Positions 40,439 to 51,898 are shown, counted from the stretch's first letter. The stretch: 64,000 bases of DNA from an uncultured Bacillota bacterium (GCA_963823655.1 CAWGMK010000006.1:288001-352000); one strand, 5' to 3'. Translations and numbers: made by a program. The notes: generated by a model not told the origin, from the sequence alone.

Positions 40439-41818
40439 TCAGATGCCCAGGACTGTTTTCGCTATCGAGAAGTAAATGATCAGGCCGGCCGAGTCGACCA
40501 AAGTAGTGACTAGCGGCCCTGCCAGGACCGCGGGGTCCAGGCCAATCAAATGGGCCGCCAGAGGAAGCATGGAGCCGGCAACGGAGCCGAACAGCACCAC
40601 AATTGCCGTGGACAGCCCGACCACGATGCCTGCCTGGGCCCACATAAGCTCCGGCGAATGCATAAAGGAGGCTGCGGCAAAACCCAGGCCGCCGATGCTA
40701 AGCCCCAGCATTATGCTCACCCGGATCTCTTTCCAGATGACCTTGGCATATTCGGTCACATCGAACTCCCTTAAGGCAAGGGATCTGATAATGATGGCAG
40801 AGGACTGCGATCCCGCATTGCCGCCCTCGTCGATTAGCATGGGTATGAAGAATACCAAGGTTACGAACTGGGATAACACAGCTTCGTTTCCTTTCATTAT
40901 GCTGCTCGTGAAGGCGCCTGTTATGAAAAGGGCCAGCAGCCACACTACGCGCCTTGACCACAGCTCAAGTGCGCTGGAGCTGCTGTAGCTCCTATCAAGC
41001 GGGAGGGTGGCCGACATCTTCTGGATGTCCTCGGTGGTTTCCTCGTCGAGGACTTGAAGTATGTCGTTGGCGGAGATTATCCCTGTAAGCTTATTATCCT
41101 TATCGATGACCGGCAGAGACAGGTAGCCGTACTTCCTGAAAATGTGGGCTGCCTCTTCCTGGTCGCTGTCTGCCTTAACGGAGAGCACATTGGTGTTCAT
41201 TATCGAGCCGATCTTGTCGGAACGGTCGGCCATTACGAGGTCCCTTAAGGAAAGCACCCCGAGCAACCTGTCATCGTCGTCGACCACGTATACGTAGTAC
41301 GTCTTGTCGGCGTCGGGGCACAGCCTCCTAAGCTCATCGAAGGCCTGCTGTACATCCCATCTGGCGTTCAAGGTAACATACTCGGTGGCCATGATGCCGC
41401 CGGACGAGTCATCTTCGTATTTTAGCAGGTCCTTGACGTCATCCGCGCCATCGTCGAATTTCGCAAGGATGGTCTGCGCATCGGACTCCTCCAGCTCGGA
41501 CAGGAGGTCGGCCGCATCGTCGGATTCCATCTCCGATACAATTTCAGCCGCTTTGTCTGCGCCAAGCACGTCCAGAAGCTCGATTTGAAGCGGTATGTCC
41601 AACTCCTGGAATACGTCGGCAGTTAGCGAGCTAGGAAGCAGTATCAGCAGCCTTCGGCGGTCATCAGGGGGCAGTGCCTTCAAAGCCTCCGCGATATCGG
41701 CAGGCAGGGCCCCGGATGAAAGGTTCTTATAGGCAAGATACGATGGGTTGTCCAGAAAGGCCCTAACAAGCGTGAGCGCATCGCCGCTCCTGTTTTTGGC
41801 CTGTTGTTCTAAGTACAT
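40439..41818 (-). CDS. mgtE: Magnesium transporter MgtE (first paralog)
   Basis: EMESDDAADLL, CBS pair, GGNAGSQ and DPAVLAGPLVTTLVD. Confidence 0.93.
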   Translation of the reverse strand: MYLEQQAKNRSGDALTLVRAFLDNPSYLAYKNLSSGALPADIAEALKALPPDDRRRLLILLPSSLTADVFQELDIPLQIELLDVLGADKAAEIVSEMESDDAADLLSELEESDAQTILAKFDDGADDVKDLLKYEDDSSGGIMATEYVTLNARWDVQQAFDELRRLCPDADKTYYVYVVDDDDRLLGVLSLRDLVMADRSDKIGSIMNTNVLSVKADSDQEEAAHIFRKYGYLSLPVIDKDNKLTGIISANDILQVLDEETTEDIQKMSATLPLDRSYSSSSALELWSRRVVWLLALFITGAFTSSIMKGNEAVLSQFVTLVFFIPMLIDEGGNAGSQSSAIIIRSLALREFDVTEYAKVIWKEIRVSIMLGLSIGGLGFAAASFMHSPELMWAQAGIVVGLSTAIVVLFGSVAGSMLPLAAHLIGLDPAVLAGPLVTTLVDSAGLIIYFSIAKTVLGI

Positions 41819-41850
41819 GGGCGCACCCCCTAACCAGGGCGCAACTGAAG

Positions 41851-41943
41851 CTAGACCAGGAAGCCTCGGTAAGCGCCCGTATAATATGGAATTATCTTGC
41901 GACTGTCAGAAAGCATACTTCGACTGCCGGGATCCGATTCCAT
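41851..41943 (-). CDS. Putative MgtL-like leader peptide (30 aa)
   Basis: Perfect SD AAGGAGGTGA; MESDPGSRSMLSDSRKIIPYYTGAYRGFLV; stop lies 32 nt before the mgtE ATG. Confidence 0.62.
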   Translation of the reverse strand: MESDPGSRSMLSDSRKIIPYYTGAYRGFLV

Positions 41944-42099
41944 AGCGCTCACCTCCTTGGAATAAAGCATAGTTATTATACACCTTTGATTATGCAGTGC
42001 GAACCTAAATATTGACCGGGCGGATGGGAGCCCCACTTATTCCAACATCAGCCTGCGGCAGGGTATAATTAACCAAAAAGATATTTCGGAGGTGCCGCA

Positions 42100-43053
42100 A
42101 TGGACGGATTGGCGAAATCTGCAACCATAGCATTAAAAGACTGCATGCAGGCAAAACAGGGAGAAGAAGTACTTGTGGTGACGGATGATGCCAAGCTGGA
42201 CATCGGAAAGGCGCTTTATGATGCCGCGAAAGACTTAGGATGCAGGCCGGTACTTATGATTATGCCTCCAAGGTCAAGAAACGGGGAAGAACCGCCCGCA
42301 TCTGTTGCCGAGGCTATGAAACACGCTGACATAGTCCTGTGCCCTACTTCCAAGTCCCTTTCGCACACTGACGCAAGGCAGAATGCCTGCAAACATGGCG
42401 CGAGGATTGCCACGCTGCCGGGAATAACTGAAGCTTGCATGGCAAGGACGCTCGGTGCCGACTATGCAGCCATCAAGGCCAGGACCGAGAGGCTTGTGGA
42501 AGCCTTCAGCGGCTCCGAGACCATACGGATCACCGCCCCTGCCGGAACTGATGTTACTATGTCGGTCAAGGGCCGCCATTTCGGCCCGGACACAGGCGTC
42601 ATAACCGAAAAGGGCGATTTCGGCAACCTTCCGGCTGGCGAGGCTTACGTGGCGCCTTTGGAGGGCACTGCGGAGGGCATAGTCGTAATCGACGGAGCCA
42701 TGGCAGGTTACGGAGTCCCCAAAGTCCCGATCGTAATGGAAGTTAAAGGCGGATTCGCCACCAAGATAACAGGGCCGGAGGATATCGAAAGGCTAAATGC
42801 GATGCTGGATCCTTTGGGCATGCCCGCCAGGAACATCGCCGAGCTGGGCATAGGCACGAATGACAAAGCAATAATCACGGGGCTGGTGCTTGAAGACGAA
42901 AAAGTGATGGGCACCATCCACATAGCCATAGGAGACAACTCCCATATGGGCGGCGTTGTTGCCGTCTCCAGCCACCTCGACGGCATAGTAAAGTCGCCGA
43001 CGGTATGGGCCGACGGCAGGCTCATCATGAAAGACGGCGAATTCATGATTTAG
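42100..43053 (+). CDS. M29-like aminopeptidase (aminopeptidase T / leucyl aminopeptidase type)
   Basis: GEEPP, GNLPAGEAY, IAELGIGTN, EDEKVMGTIHIAIG and HLDG. Confidence 0.85.
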   Translation: MDGLAKSATIALKDCMQAKQGEEVLVVTDDAKLDIGKALYDAAKDLGCRPVLMIMPPRSRNGEEPPASVAEAMKHADIVLCPTSKSLSHTDARQNACKHGARIATLPGITEACMARTLGADYAAIKARTERLVEAFSGSETIRITAPAGTDVTMSVKGRHFGPDTGVITEKGDFGNLPAGEAYVAPLEGTAEGIVVIDGAMAGYGVPKVPIVMEVKGGFATKITGPEDIERLNAMLDPLGMPARNIAELGIGTNDKAIITGLVLEDEKVMGTIHIAIGDNSHMGGVVAVSSHLDGIVKSPTVWADGRLIMKDGEFMI

Positions 43054-43073
43054 AAAGACGGGAGGTGCAGCAG

Positions 43074-46000
43074 ACGGACAAGTTCGTTCACCTTCATCTT
43101 CATACCGAATATTCGCTGTTAGACGGCGCATGTTCGATAAAAAGGCTCATGCCCAGGCTGAGAGAGCTGGGCATGGATGCGTGCGCCATAACCGACCACG
43201 GCTCCCTTTTCGGAGCCGTCGAGTTTTATAACGCCGCCTGTAAGGGCGGCATCAAGCCGATAATCGGGTGCGAAGTATATGTCGCCCCTAATGGAAGAGG
43301 AAGCCGGACTGCAAGGGAAGAGGAGGAGCCTTATCATCTCATCCTGCTTGCAACCGACAAGGCCGGCTACAGGAACCTTTCCAAGCTATCGAGCATCGGT
43401 TACACCGAAGGCTTCTACTATAAGCCCAGAGTCGATTTGGAAGTCCTTGCAGAGCACTCGGGCGGCCTTATCGCAATGTCGGCATGCTTAGCCGGCGAGA
43501 TCCCCAGGAAGATACAGAACAGGGACATGCGGGGGGCAGAGGAATCGGCGATGAAGTATGCCGACATATTCGGCAAGGAAAGCTTCTTCCTCGAGCTGCA
43601 GTCCAACAGGATTCCGGAGCAGGCAATGGTGAATTCGGCGCTTGTGCAGCTTTCCGGCAAGACCGGGCTCGGGCTGGTTGCAACTAACGATGCCCATTAC
43701 ATAAGGCGCGAAGACGCACGTTTCCATGACGTGCTGCTTTGCATACAGACCGCCACAACGGTGCAGAACCCGAACAGGATGAAGTTCCCGGGCGACGATT
43801 TCTACGTGAAGTCGCCGGAGGAGATGTATAAGGCGTTTGGTGAGGTGCCCCAGGCGTGCCGGGCGACTTGGGAGATAGCGCAGCGGTGCGACTTCTCATT
43901 CGATACCGGCAAGCCCAGCAAGCCCCATTTCCGTGTCCCTGAGGGCTTCTCCGAAGAGAGCTATCTCAGGAAGCTTGCCTACTCCGGCGCGGCAGACAGA
44001 TATGGCGAATTGACAGGTGAGGTGGGCGCAAGGCTGGAGTATGAGCTCGGCACCATTGAACAGATGGGCTACTCCGGGATACTTCCTTGTAGTACACGAT
44101 TACGTGTGCTTCTCAAAGGAAAGCGGCATCCATGTCGGACCGGGAAGGGGTTCTGCCGCAGGTTCGCTGGTAGCATACTGCCTCGGGATTACTAATGTGG
44201 ATCCGCTCAAGTACGGCCTGCTTTTCGAAAGGCTGCTCAATCCCGAAAGGGTAAGCATGCCGGATATAGACATCGACTTCTGCTGGGTCAGGCGCGGTGA
44301 AGTGATGGACTATCTGGCGCGTAAATACGGCAGCGACCATTATGCACAGATCATCACATTCGGCACTATGGCTGCGAGGGCGGCGATAAGGGATGTAGGC
44401 AGGGCTTTGGGCCTGCCATATGCCGATGTGGACAAGATAGCAAAGCTAGTCCCGATGGAGAAAGACATCGATATCGGCAAGGCATTGCAGAACGTGCCGG
44501 AGCTAACTTCTCTGGTCAATTCGGACGTGAAACTAAAGGAATTGATCGAAATCGCCGAAAGCGTGGAGGGAATGCCCAGGCATGCTTCGGTTCATGCGGC
44601 AGGCGTAGTGATAACGCAGGAGCCGTTGACCGATATAGTCCCCCTGTACAAATCAAGCGACGGGACCATTACGACGCAGTTCGAAATGGGTGCGCTTGAT
44701 CAACTGGGGCTTCTGAAGATGGACATACTGGGGCTTAAGACCCTGACTATTATCGGAGACACCCTCGCAATGCTCAAGAAGAAGAGGGGCATTGAGATTG
44801 ACATCGAGAAGATCCCGATGGACGACCCCGCAATTTTCGATATGCTTTCCAGAGGGGACTCAGAAGCGGTATTCCAGGTGGAATCCGCCATGTTCAAGAG
44901 GCTGCTGGCGGACGTAAGGCCTACTTGCGTGGAGGATATCATGGCCCTGGTAGCGCTGGGCAGGCCGGGCCCGATTACCATGGCGCCGGATTTCGCTGCC
45001 GGCAAGAGGCACCCGGAAAGCATCAAATACCTGCACCCGTGCATGAAGGAGATACTTGAGGAGACATACGGCGTCATGCTCTACCAGGAGCAGGTGATGA
45101 AGGTGGCCAGCGTCTTCGCGGGGTTCAGCCTTGGAGAGGCGGACATTCTCAGGCGGGCGATGGGCAAGAAGAAGCCCGAGGAGATGGAAGCCATGCACAA
45201 GCGCTTCCTGGACGGGGCAAAGGCGCAGGGCATGGACGATAAGCTTGCCGAACAGGTCTACTGGCTCATTGAGCGTTTCGCAGGATACGGTTTCAATGCG
45301 TCGCACTCTGCGGCATACGGGCTCATTACTTATCAGACCGCTTATCTTAAGCATTACTATTTCGCCGAATTCATGGCGGCAACGCTGACTTCTATGGTTG
45401 ACAACAGCGACAAAGTAGCAGCTTACATGGATTATTGTAGAAACAAGGGGACTAAGGTAGTACAGCCTGATGTGAATCTGTCCGAGAGATATTTCACGGC
45501 AGAAGGCGGCTCAATCGCCATCGGATTGGCTGCCGTAAAGAATGTCGGCCTGAACGCAGCGGATGCGATAGTAGAGGAGCGGGGGGCAAGGGGAGAGTTC
45601 AAGTCCCTTGCGGATTTCTGCGACAGGATCGATACCACGATGATCAACCGCAAGGCCATAGAAAGCCTGATCCAAGCGGGAGCCTTCGACAAATTCGGCA
45701 GCAGGAAGGCGCAGCTTTCGGTGCTCGGCGGCATAATGGCGACGAATGTATCGAGGAACAGGGGCAGAGGAGACGGCCAAAGCTCATTCTTCGACTTGTT
45801 CAACAAGCCTGAGGACTTCGGGGCAAGGTATGACAAGCTGCCCGATGTCGGGGAATTCACGAGTAAAGAAATGCTTGACATGGAAAAAGAGATGCTCAAT
45901 ATGTACGTAACCGGGCATCCGCTCGATGCCGTCTGGGGAAAGCTCTCCGGAATGGTTAAGCATAAGATACTTGATTTCTCCGAGATGAAGGACGAGGACA

Positions 46001-46242
46001 ATGTGGAATTCGCAGGCATGGTTATTGCGCTGAGAAGGACGATAACAAGATCGGGCAAGCCGATGGGATACTTAAGGATTGAGGATATGGCAAGCTCAGT
46101 GGAAGTAGTCGTTTTCCCGACATTGTGGGAGCAGAGCAGCTCGTTGGCGACCGGTGAAGTCGTTATAGTAAATGGAAGGCTTGATTCGAAGGAAGATTCT
46201 GTTAAAGTAATTGCAGACAGGATGAGAAGGGTGAAGTTCTAG
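43074..46242 (+). CDS. dnaE: DNA polymerase III alpha subunit (frameshift near 44075; start ACG 43074 or GTG 43065)
   Basis: FVHLHLHTEYSLLDG, GPGRGSAAGS, MPDIDIDF, HAAGVVI, YGFNASHS and C-terminal OB fold. Confidence 0.96.
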
Positions 46243-46261
46243 GAATTGGGAGGGACGACCT

Positions 46262-46465
46262 ATGTGGGTAGTCATTCACGTAGCTCCGAATAAAATGGAA
46301 GCGGAGATAATCAAATCGGTCCTTGAGGCGGAGAACATTATGGTTAACTTGATGTCGGCTTCTGTGCCGCATCTTGGGGACCTTGGTCCTGTTGAGGTCA
46401 TGGTGCTTGAGAGTGAACTCGAGTTCGCCCAGGAAGTCCTGGAGGGGAAAGCGGACCTGATTTAG
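46262..46465 (+). CDS. DUF2007-like small protein
   Basis: WVVIHVAPNKMEAEIIKSVLEAENI...VEVMV...AQEVL pattern; GGAGG SD. Confidence 0.75.
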   Translation: MWVVIHVAPNKMEAEIIKSVLEAENIMVNLMSASVPHLGDLGPVEVMVLESELEFAQEVLEGKADLI

Positions 46466-46486
46466 GCAAGCCGCAGCCAATGCTGC

Positions 46487-46515
46487 TTGACGCGGCCCTG
46501 GCTTGCAGTTATATT
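46487..46515 (+). promoter_or_regulatory. Sigma70 promoter of tRNA-Leu
   Basis: TTGACG-17 nt-TATATT. Confidence 0.75.
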
Positions 46516-46525
46516 TTCTATGTGG

Positions 46526-46611
46526 GCCGAAGTGGCGGAACGGCAGACGCAGTTGACTCAAAATCAACCGAGTGAAAGCTCATGCGGGTTCAAGTCCCGC
46601 CTTCGGCACCA
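46526..46611 (+). tRNA. tRNA-Leu (anticodon CAA)
   Basis: Acceptor stem GCCGAAG/CTTCGGC, loop CT-CAA-AA, long variable arm, GTTCAAGTC and CCA. Confidence 0.95.
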
Positions 46612-46632
46612 ACAATATTGAAGCGATGTTCG

Positions 46633-46663
46633 AAAAGGGGTGACGTGAAGTCGCTCCTTTTTT
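46633..46663 (+). terminator. Terminator after tRNA-Leu
   Basis: AAAAGGGGTGAC/GTCGCTCCTTTT followed by a T run. Confidence 0.7.
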
Positions 46664-46664
46664 G

Positions 46665-48082
46665 TTGCTTCGAATGTAAAGCAAAGTGATTGCCCCCTCG
46701 GTTCCAGTTATTGGGACTTCAAATAACCCAATAATCAATAGATGACATAAGTTTTCGACAATTGAATTTGTGAACAGGGATACTAAGCAAATGCAAGTAA
46801 AGCGACATTTATTTGGGAAAGAATTTTAGAAAATCCCGAAAGCTGGAAGGAGATAAACAGAATAAATAGAAATATATAAATATAAATGATTATTATAATG
46901 AAATAATGAATAAATAAAGAAAGGAGGATGGTATAAGTCAGTTGCTATACCGAAAAGCTGGAGTTGTTCATTGCATTCCTACCAAATAAGAAAGGAGGTT
47001 CGATGAATATGAATGATGCAAAGATTCATTGAAGCTTTTGTTGGTGATAGTAGGTTGTTTGTCCTGTGATCCTTGTGAACGCCGAGCCGGGCGTGCAGAA
47101 TGGAAACTCGCTGTCCATAGTTGAACCAGCAGGCGGGGCATATGTAATCGTGACTAAACTTGACGTCGGGGTTCTCCATTTCAAATATGGATGGAATAAC
47201 GCAAAGCAATTTGAAATCTCCTGCTCTTGGCTATTGGATTGGCGTATATGATATCAACAGCCTCACATTACGATTGGGTTGACAGAAGACGTATTTGTTG
47301 AACCTAATCCAAAAATGCTAAAGCTATTTCCATCGATACTGCATCTGATCCGGGTCATGAATATGCCATAAACTTCTTCGTGCGTGATTTTACAAACAGC
47401 CCATCGTCACCAATATGAGCATTCTGCAGCTCTTCTTACCGCAGCTTCTTAAACGCAATTAATGGGCAAATTCTAAGAGCAGAATTCTAAATACAAATGA
47501 GTATCAAAGTCAGCAATGGGCGGTTTACAACTGCCCATTGCTTAATCAATATTGAGCAAGGTACGCACAGTGATCCTATTATGAAATTCCAATCTATGAC
47601 AATATCATTTGCAAAAGACACCTTATCATGGATATTTTCGACAACTTGGGAATGAATTCACGACCGTCCTATAGATTTCCCCATTCCTTCGGTAAGTTCA
47701 CTATTTCAGCATTGTAGTCAATTTCGCTCGCAACAGTTACTTGGCCGGGGTAATACCAATCATATGATTACATCTCCTTTTTGGCGCAGATAATTCGGCA
47801 GAATATTCGGATATTTAGCCATATCTCGATTTCATATAACTTTTGTGGAAAGAAACGCTTAACAATGAAATGCCAACGAGTTTCGGGAATCAGGAAAGTC
47901 AATTTCGTTTTGGTACCACCGGCTTCATAGCAAATGCACAACGAATTAGCGCAATATCTGCCAAGGTTGATTAGTCTGCCGGTGACGCTGAGGAAGCGCT
48001 TTTAACCAATGGATTTTATCTGCAGCCAAATATACAATATGATTAGCGTCAGAGAAAGAAGCTGTCCTAAGCGGATACGCTG
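46665..48082. other. AT-rich segment with two convergent, heavily frameshifted unknown ORFs
   Basis: Sharp drop in GC; AAGGAGG at about 46992 with plus-strand fragments; minus-strand fragments from 48080. Confidence 0.5.
47512..47542. terminator. Hairpin between the convergent ORF remnants
   Basis: AGCAATGGGCGG/CTGCCCATTGCT inverted repeat. Confidence 0.6.
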
Positions 48083-48678
48083 ACCACCGTAGGTGGCGAA
48101 GCAGGTAGCGGCAATCAGTCCGGCCAACCCGTCCAGGCCGTCGGTGAAGTTGACTGCATTGGACATACCGACGATAATGACGACCGCGATCGGGATATAC
48201 CAGAAGCCTAAGGAGATGGGCTTGTCGTAGGTGGGCCAGAAAAGCTGGGGTACATCCAGCAGGTAGCGCAGGGAATAGGCGATGGCGGTGGCGAAAATGA
48301 GCTGGAAGATGAACTTGGTGCGGGCGCGCATCCCAAGCCCGCGCCGCGGCCCGCGGATACCTTCCCAGTCATCGATCGCGCCTAACACGCCAAAGCCCAG
48401 CATGCAGGCCAGAGGTACGATAACTGAACGGCCCAAAACCTTCAAACCCAACAGGGTGGTGGCATTCAACAGCACGGTCAGCATGGTACCGGCAGCAGGA
48501 TCATAACGCCGCCCATGGTGGGAGTGCCCATCTTGGTGAAGTGACGGTCTGGACCTTCGACGCGGATCAATTTGCCGATTTTGAAATGGCGCAGCACGCG
48601 CAGTAGCGGGTCACCCCAGATGACTGCCAGCATAAAGCTCAAGCTGGAGAGCGTAAGCGCCAGGGAGGTATCTTTCAT
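48083..48678 (-). CDS. mraY: Phospho-N-acetylmuramoyl-pentapeptide transferase, 3'-truncated at the junction (frameshift near 48490)
   Basis: KMGTPTMGG, GAIDD and SNAVNFTDGLDGLA; homology stops abruptly after ATYGG. Confidence 0.92.
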
Positions 48679-50107
48679 AGTAGGCCTCCAATGCGGTGAC
48701 AATGCGGCCCATGTTCATGCCATGCGCGCCTTTAATCAGGCATACATCACCCTGGCGCAGGGTCTGGCGCAGCACAGCGATTGCATCCATCATCCGGAAC
48801 GTTGATAATCGCGATCTTTGAAAAACCGGCTGTCATGGCGGTATCGGCAATCATGATGCTTTTTTCACCGACCGTGACCAGCACGTCGACCACTTCCGCC
48901 ACGCGCCGCCCGACCAGCTCATAGCCTTGCTGTTCATACTGGCCTAACTCGCGCATCTCGCCTAAGACAGCGATCTTGCGGCCTTGCAGCTCATACAGCA
49001 GGTTGAGGGCAGCCAGGACCGACTCGGGCGAGGCATTATAGGTGTCATCCAACAGCATCGCGCCGTTGATCGACTGAACAGCGGTCAGGCGCAACTGGGT
49101 GTTTCCCTGCTGCAGCCCGTCGACGATCTCTTCCCAGGTCAGCCCTTCCACCAGTCCAACTGCGGCGGCGCGTAAGGCCGTGTGAACCGAGTGCCGCCCA
49201 ATCAGGGGAACGCGCAAATGAGGGTTTCATTATGGTAGTGCAGCCGGAAACGAATGCCTTCCAGTCCCAAACCTTCGATGTCATCCGCCCACAAATCGGC
49301 TCTGGGGTCCAATCCGTAATAGAAGACCTGGGCCTGGGTCTGTTCTGCCATCGGGCGCACCCAGGGATCGTCATAATTCAAGATCGCCACGCCCCCCTGG
49401 GAGCCGGCGGCAAGCGATTGCACCAGTTCGGCTTTACCGCGGGCGATGGCTTCTTGCGATCCGGCTCGTTCGGCATGAACTGTGCCAATATTGGTGATCA
49501 CGCCCACCTGCGGCAGGGCCAGGTCGCATAGGAAGGCGATTTCGCCGGGAACATAAAAACCCATTTCCAGAACGGCGCGTTCATACCCGCTGGAGAGGCG
49601 CAGCAAGGTCAAGGGCAGGCTGATTTCGTTGTTCAGGTTGCCAGGGTTTTTCAGGGTGCGATAGCGCTGGCTGAGAACTTCGGCCACCATTTCTTTGGTG
49701 GTGGATTTTCCCACACTGCCGGTAATGCCGATCACGCGGATCATGCGGTAATTTGCGCCGCCAGAAGCGGGCAATATGTTGGAATGCTTCCAGGCTGTTG
49801 TTTACCCACAAGCAAAAGGCGGCTCTGGCAGGCTAAAGCTGGCTGGCAGCTCGCCCTGGCGCAGGTCGATCACCGGGATACCCTGTACTGGTCACATCGC
49901 GTTGGACCAGCGCGAGGTGTGCACCACGCTTGAAAGCCGCAGCGACGTAATCATGCCCATCGACGCGTTCGCCCGGCAGTGCGACAAACAGCGCTGCCGG
50001 GATAACCTGGCGGGAATCGATGGCCGCCTCGCTGATGATCAGGGCGGCGCATCGATGCGGGTGCCGGTCAGGGCTTCAAGAACATCTGCCAGGGTCAGCA
50101 CGATCAT
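48675..50107 (-). CDS. murF: UDP-MurNAc-tripeptide:D-Ala-D-Ala ligase (multiple frameshifts)
   Basis: GITGSVGKSTTKE, GNLNNEI, DDTYNASPES and AVLGEMRELG. Confidence 0.92.
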
Positions 50108-50115
50108 TGTTACCT

Positions 50116-51898
50116 CTATTTTCCTGTAAACTGCTGTCGCATTTCATCGGGCGGCAGGTTCAATAAAACAACCAGATTTTGTAGCGACTTCACTAAAAAC
50201 GGGGCCGCGACAATGGAGCCCCAGATAGAGCTTTGTGGTTTTTCAAGCCAGATATAGACCAAGAAACGGGGTCGCTCAACCGGGCCCCAACCCACAAAGG
50301 AAGCATTGGTCTCACCGCTGGTATAACCGTAAGGGCTAGGGATTTCACCGGTACCGGTCTTGCCGGCCACCCGGTAACCCGCCACCAGCGCGTGAGGCTT
50401 CTTCTTCCAGGGAAGTGGCTAGCATCTCGGTAATGACGCGCGAGGGTTTTGGCTGTGATCGGCTGCCCGACTACCTGGGGCGTGTTGTTGTACTGGCGTC
50501 CGTCTTCGATGACCGATTTCAGCACATGAGGGGCCATCATTTTGCCGTCATTGGCCAGCGCTGATACCGCCATGATCATCTGGATGGGGGTGACTGCAAC
50601 GCCTTGACCAAATGAATTGGTGCCCAGGTTGACCGGGTACCAGTTGGGGTCGCCGGGCAGAGCCAGCGGCCAAACGACTTCGCCACCCAGATCGATATTC
50701 GTTTACGATGCCCGATCCCGAAAGCCTGCATGTACTCATAAAAACGGGTGGGACCCATTGGGTGGCAATCCAGGCCAGACAAACATTCAACGAGTGCTGC
50801 ATACAGCCGGTCATGTTCTGGGGTCCCCAGGCACCGCGGTCCCAGTTGTAAATGCTGATACCGCCCACTTCAATGAGCCGGTATCAAGGAAAGAGGTTTC
50901 GGGATTTACCGCGCCGGAATCCAGGGCAGCCGCCATGGTGAAGTACTTTAAAAACAGAACCCGGTTCATAAGTCTGCTCCGACTGCCCGGTTAAGGGGGT
51001 CGGTTTAGGGAAGAATTGTGTCGTACTTCCAATATTTGTTCGGATTTAAGCCGGGCTGTGGTGGCCATCGCCAGGATATCGCCGGTTTTAGGGTCGGTAA
51101 TAATGATGGTACCGGACTTCGGCTCCGCTGTTTTCTATATGCCTTATCCAGGACCTGTTCGGCCATGGCCTGAATTTCTCGGTCGATGGTAAAACCAGGC
51201 TGGCTCCCGGGGGAACGGTGGGCAATTCCTTAATCAGGTAAGGGTCTTTCGGGACCATAATTTCCTGCGGCATTGCCTGCCAGAAGGTCATTATACTTCT
51301 CTTCAACCCCAAAATAACCCTGACCTTTTTCGCGATCGCTGAAAGGAATAAAACCCGAGGATATTGGAAGCCAGTGATTTTTCAGGGTAGCTGCGCATCA
51401 GGTGAGGTGTCCACACCAATCCGATCAGGCTGGGCATTTGTTCCCCAGAGCGGGTTGATGTTTGATCGTTGTATTTGGTTTTCAGGTCGGCCAGTTTTTC
51501 AATCTTGTCTGCTGTGACAAAATCGGCCACTACCAGGTATTCTTGTTTACCCGCTTCAAATTTTGAGCTGATCTGTCCGAAGATTTTGGCATAATCCAGA
51601 TCAAGGACCGTAGCGAGAGGTGGAGGCAATCGTTTCAGGGCTGCGAACATAGCGCAGGTCAACACCGACTTCGTAGACTTCGGTGTTGCCAGCCAGAAGA
51701 TGGCCCCATCGATCATAGATACTGCCGCGTTCCGGGTAAATCTTACGGCGCTTCATATTGGTACTGTTGGCCGACTTCACCGATCTCTTTCCGCTGAGCG
51801 CTGGATTGGATGCGCACCATCTGAAGGATGATAAGGGCAGCCAGAATCGAGAAAAAGATCCCCAATAAACGGAAACGGAAAAACGGAGAGGATTTCAT
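50116..51898 (-). CDS. ftsI: Class B penicillin-binding protein (FtsI-like; many frameshifts)
   Basis: RSYPEKSLASNILG, SLN (SxN), AGKTGT and ASFVGWGP; position in the dcw cluster. Confidence 0.82.

Noticed and set aside
46665-48082. Possible IS or integrase remnant
   Set aside because: No transposase or integrase motifs or terminal repeats were recognisable in the frames I translated.
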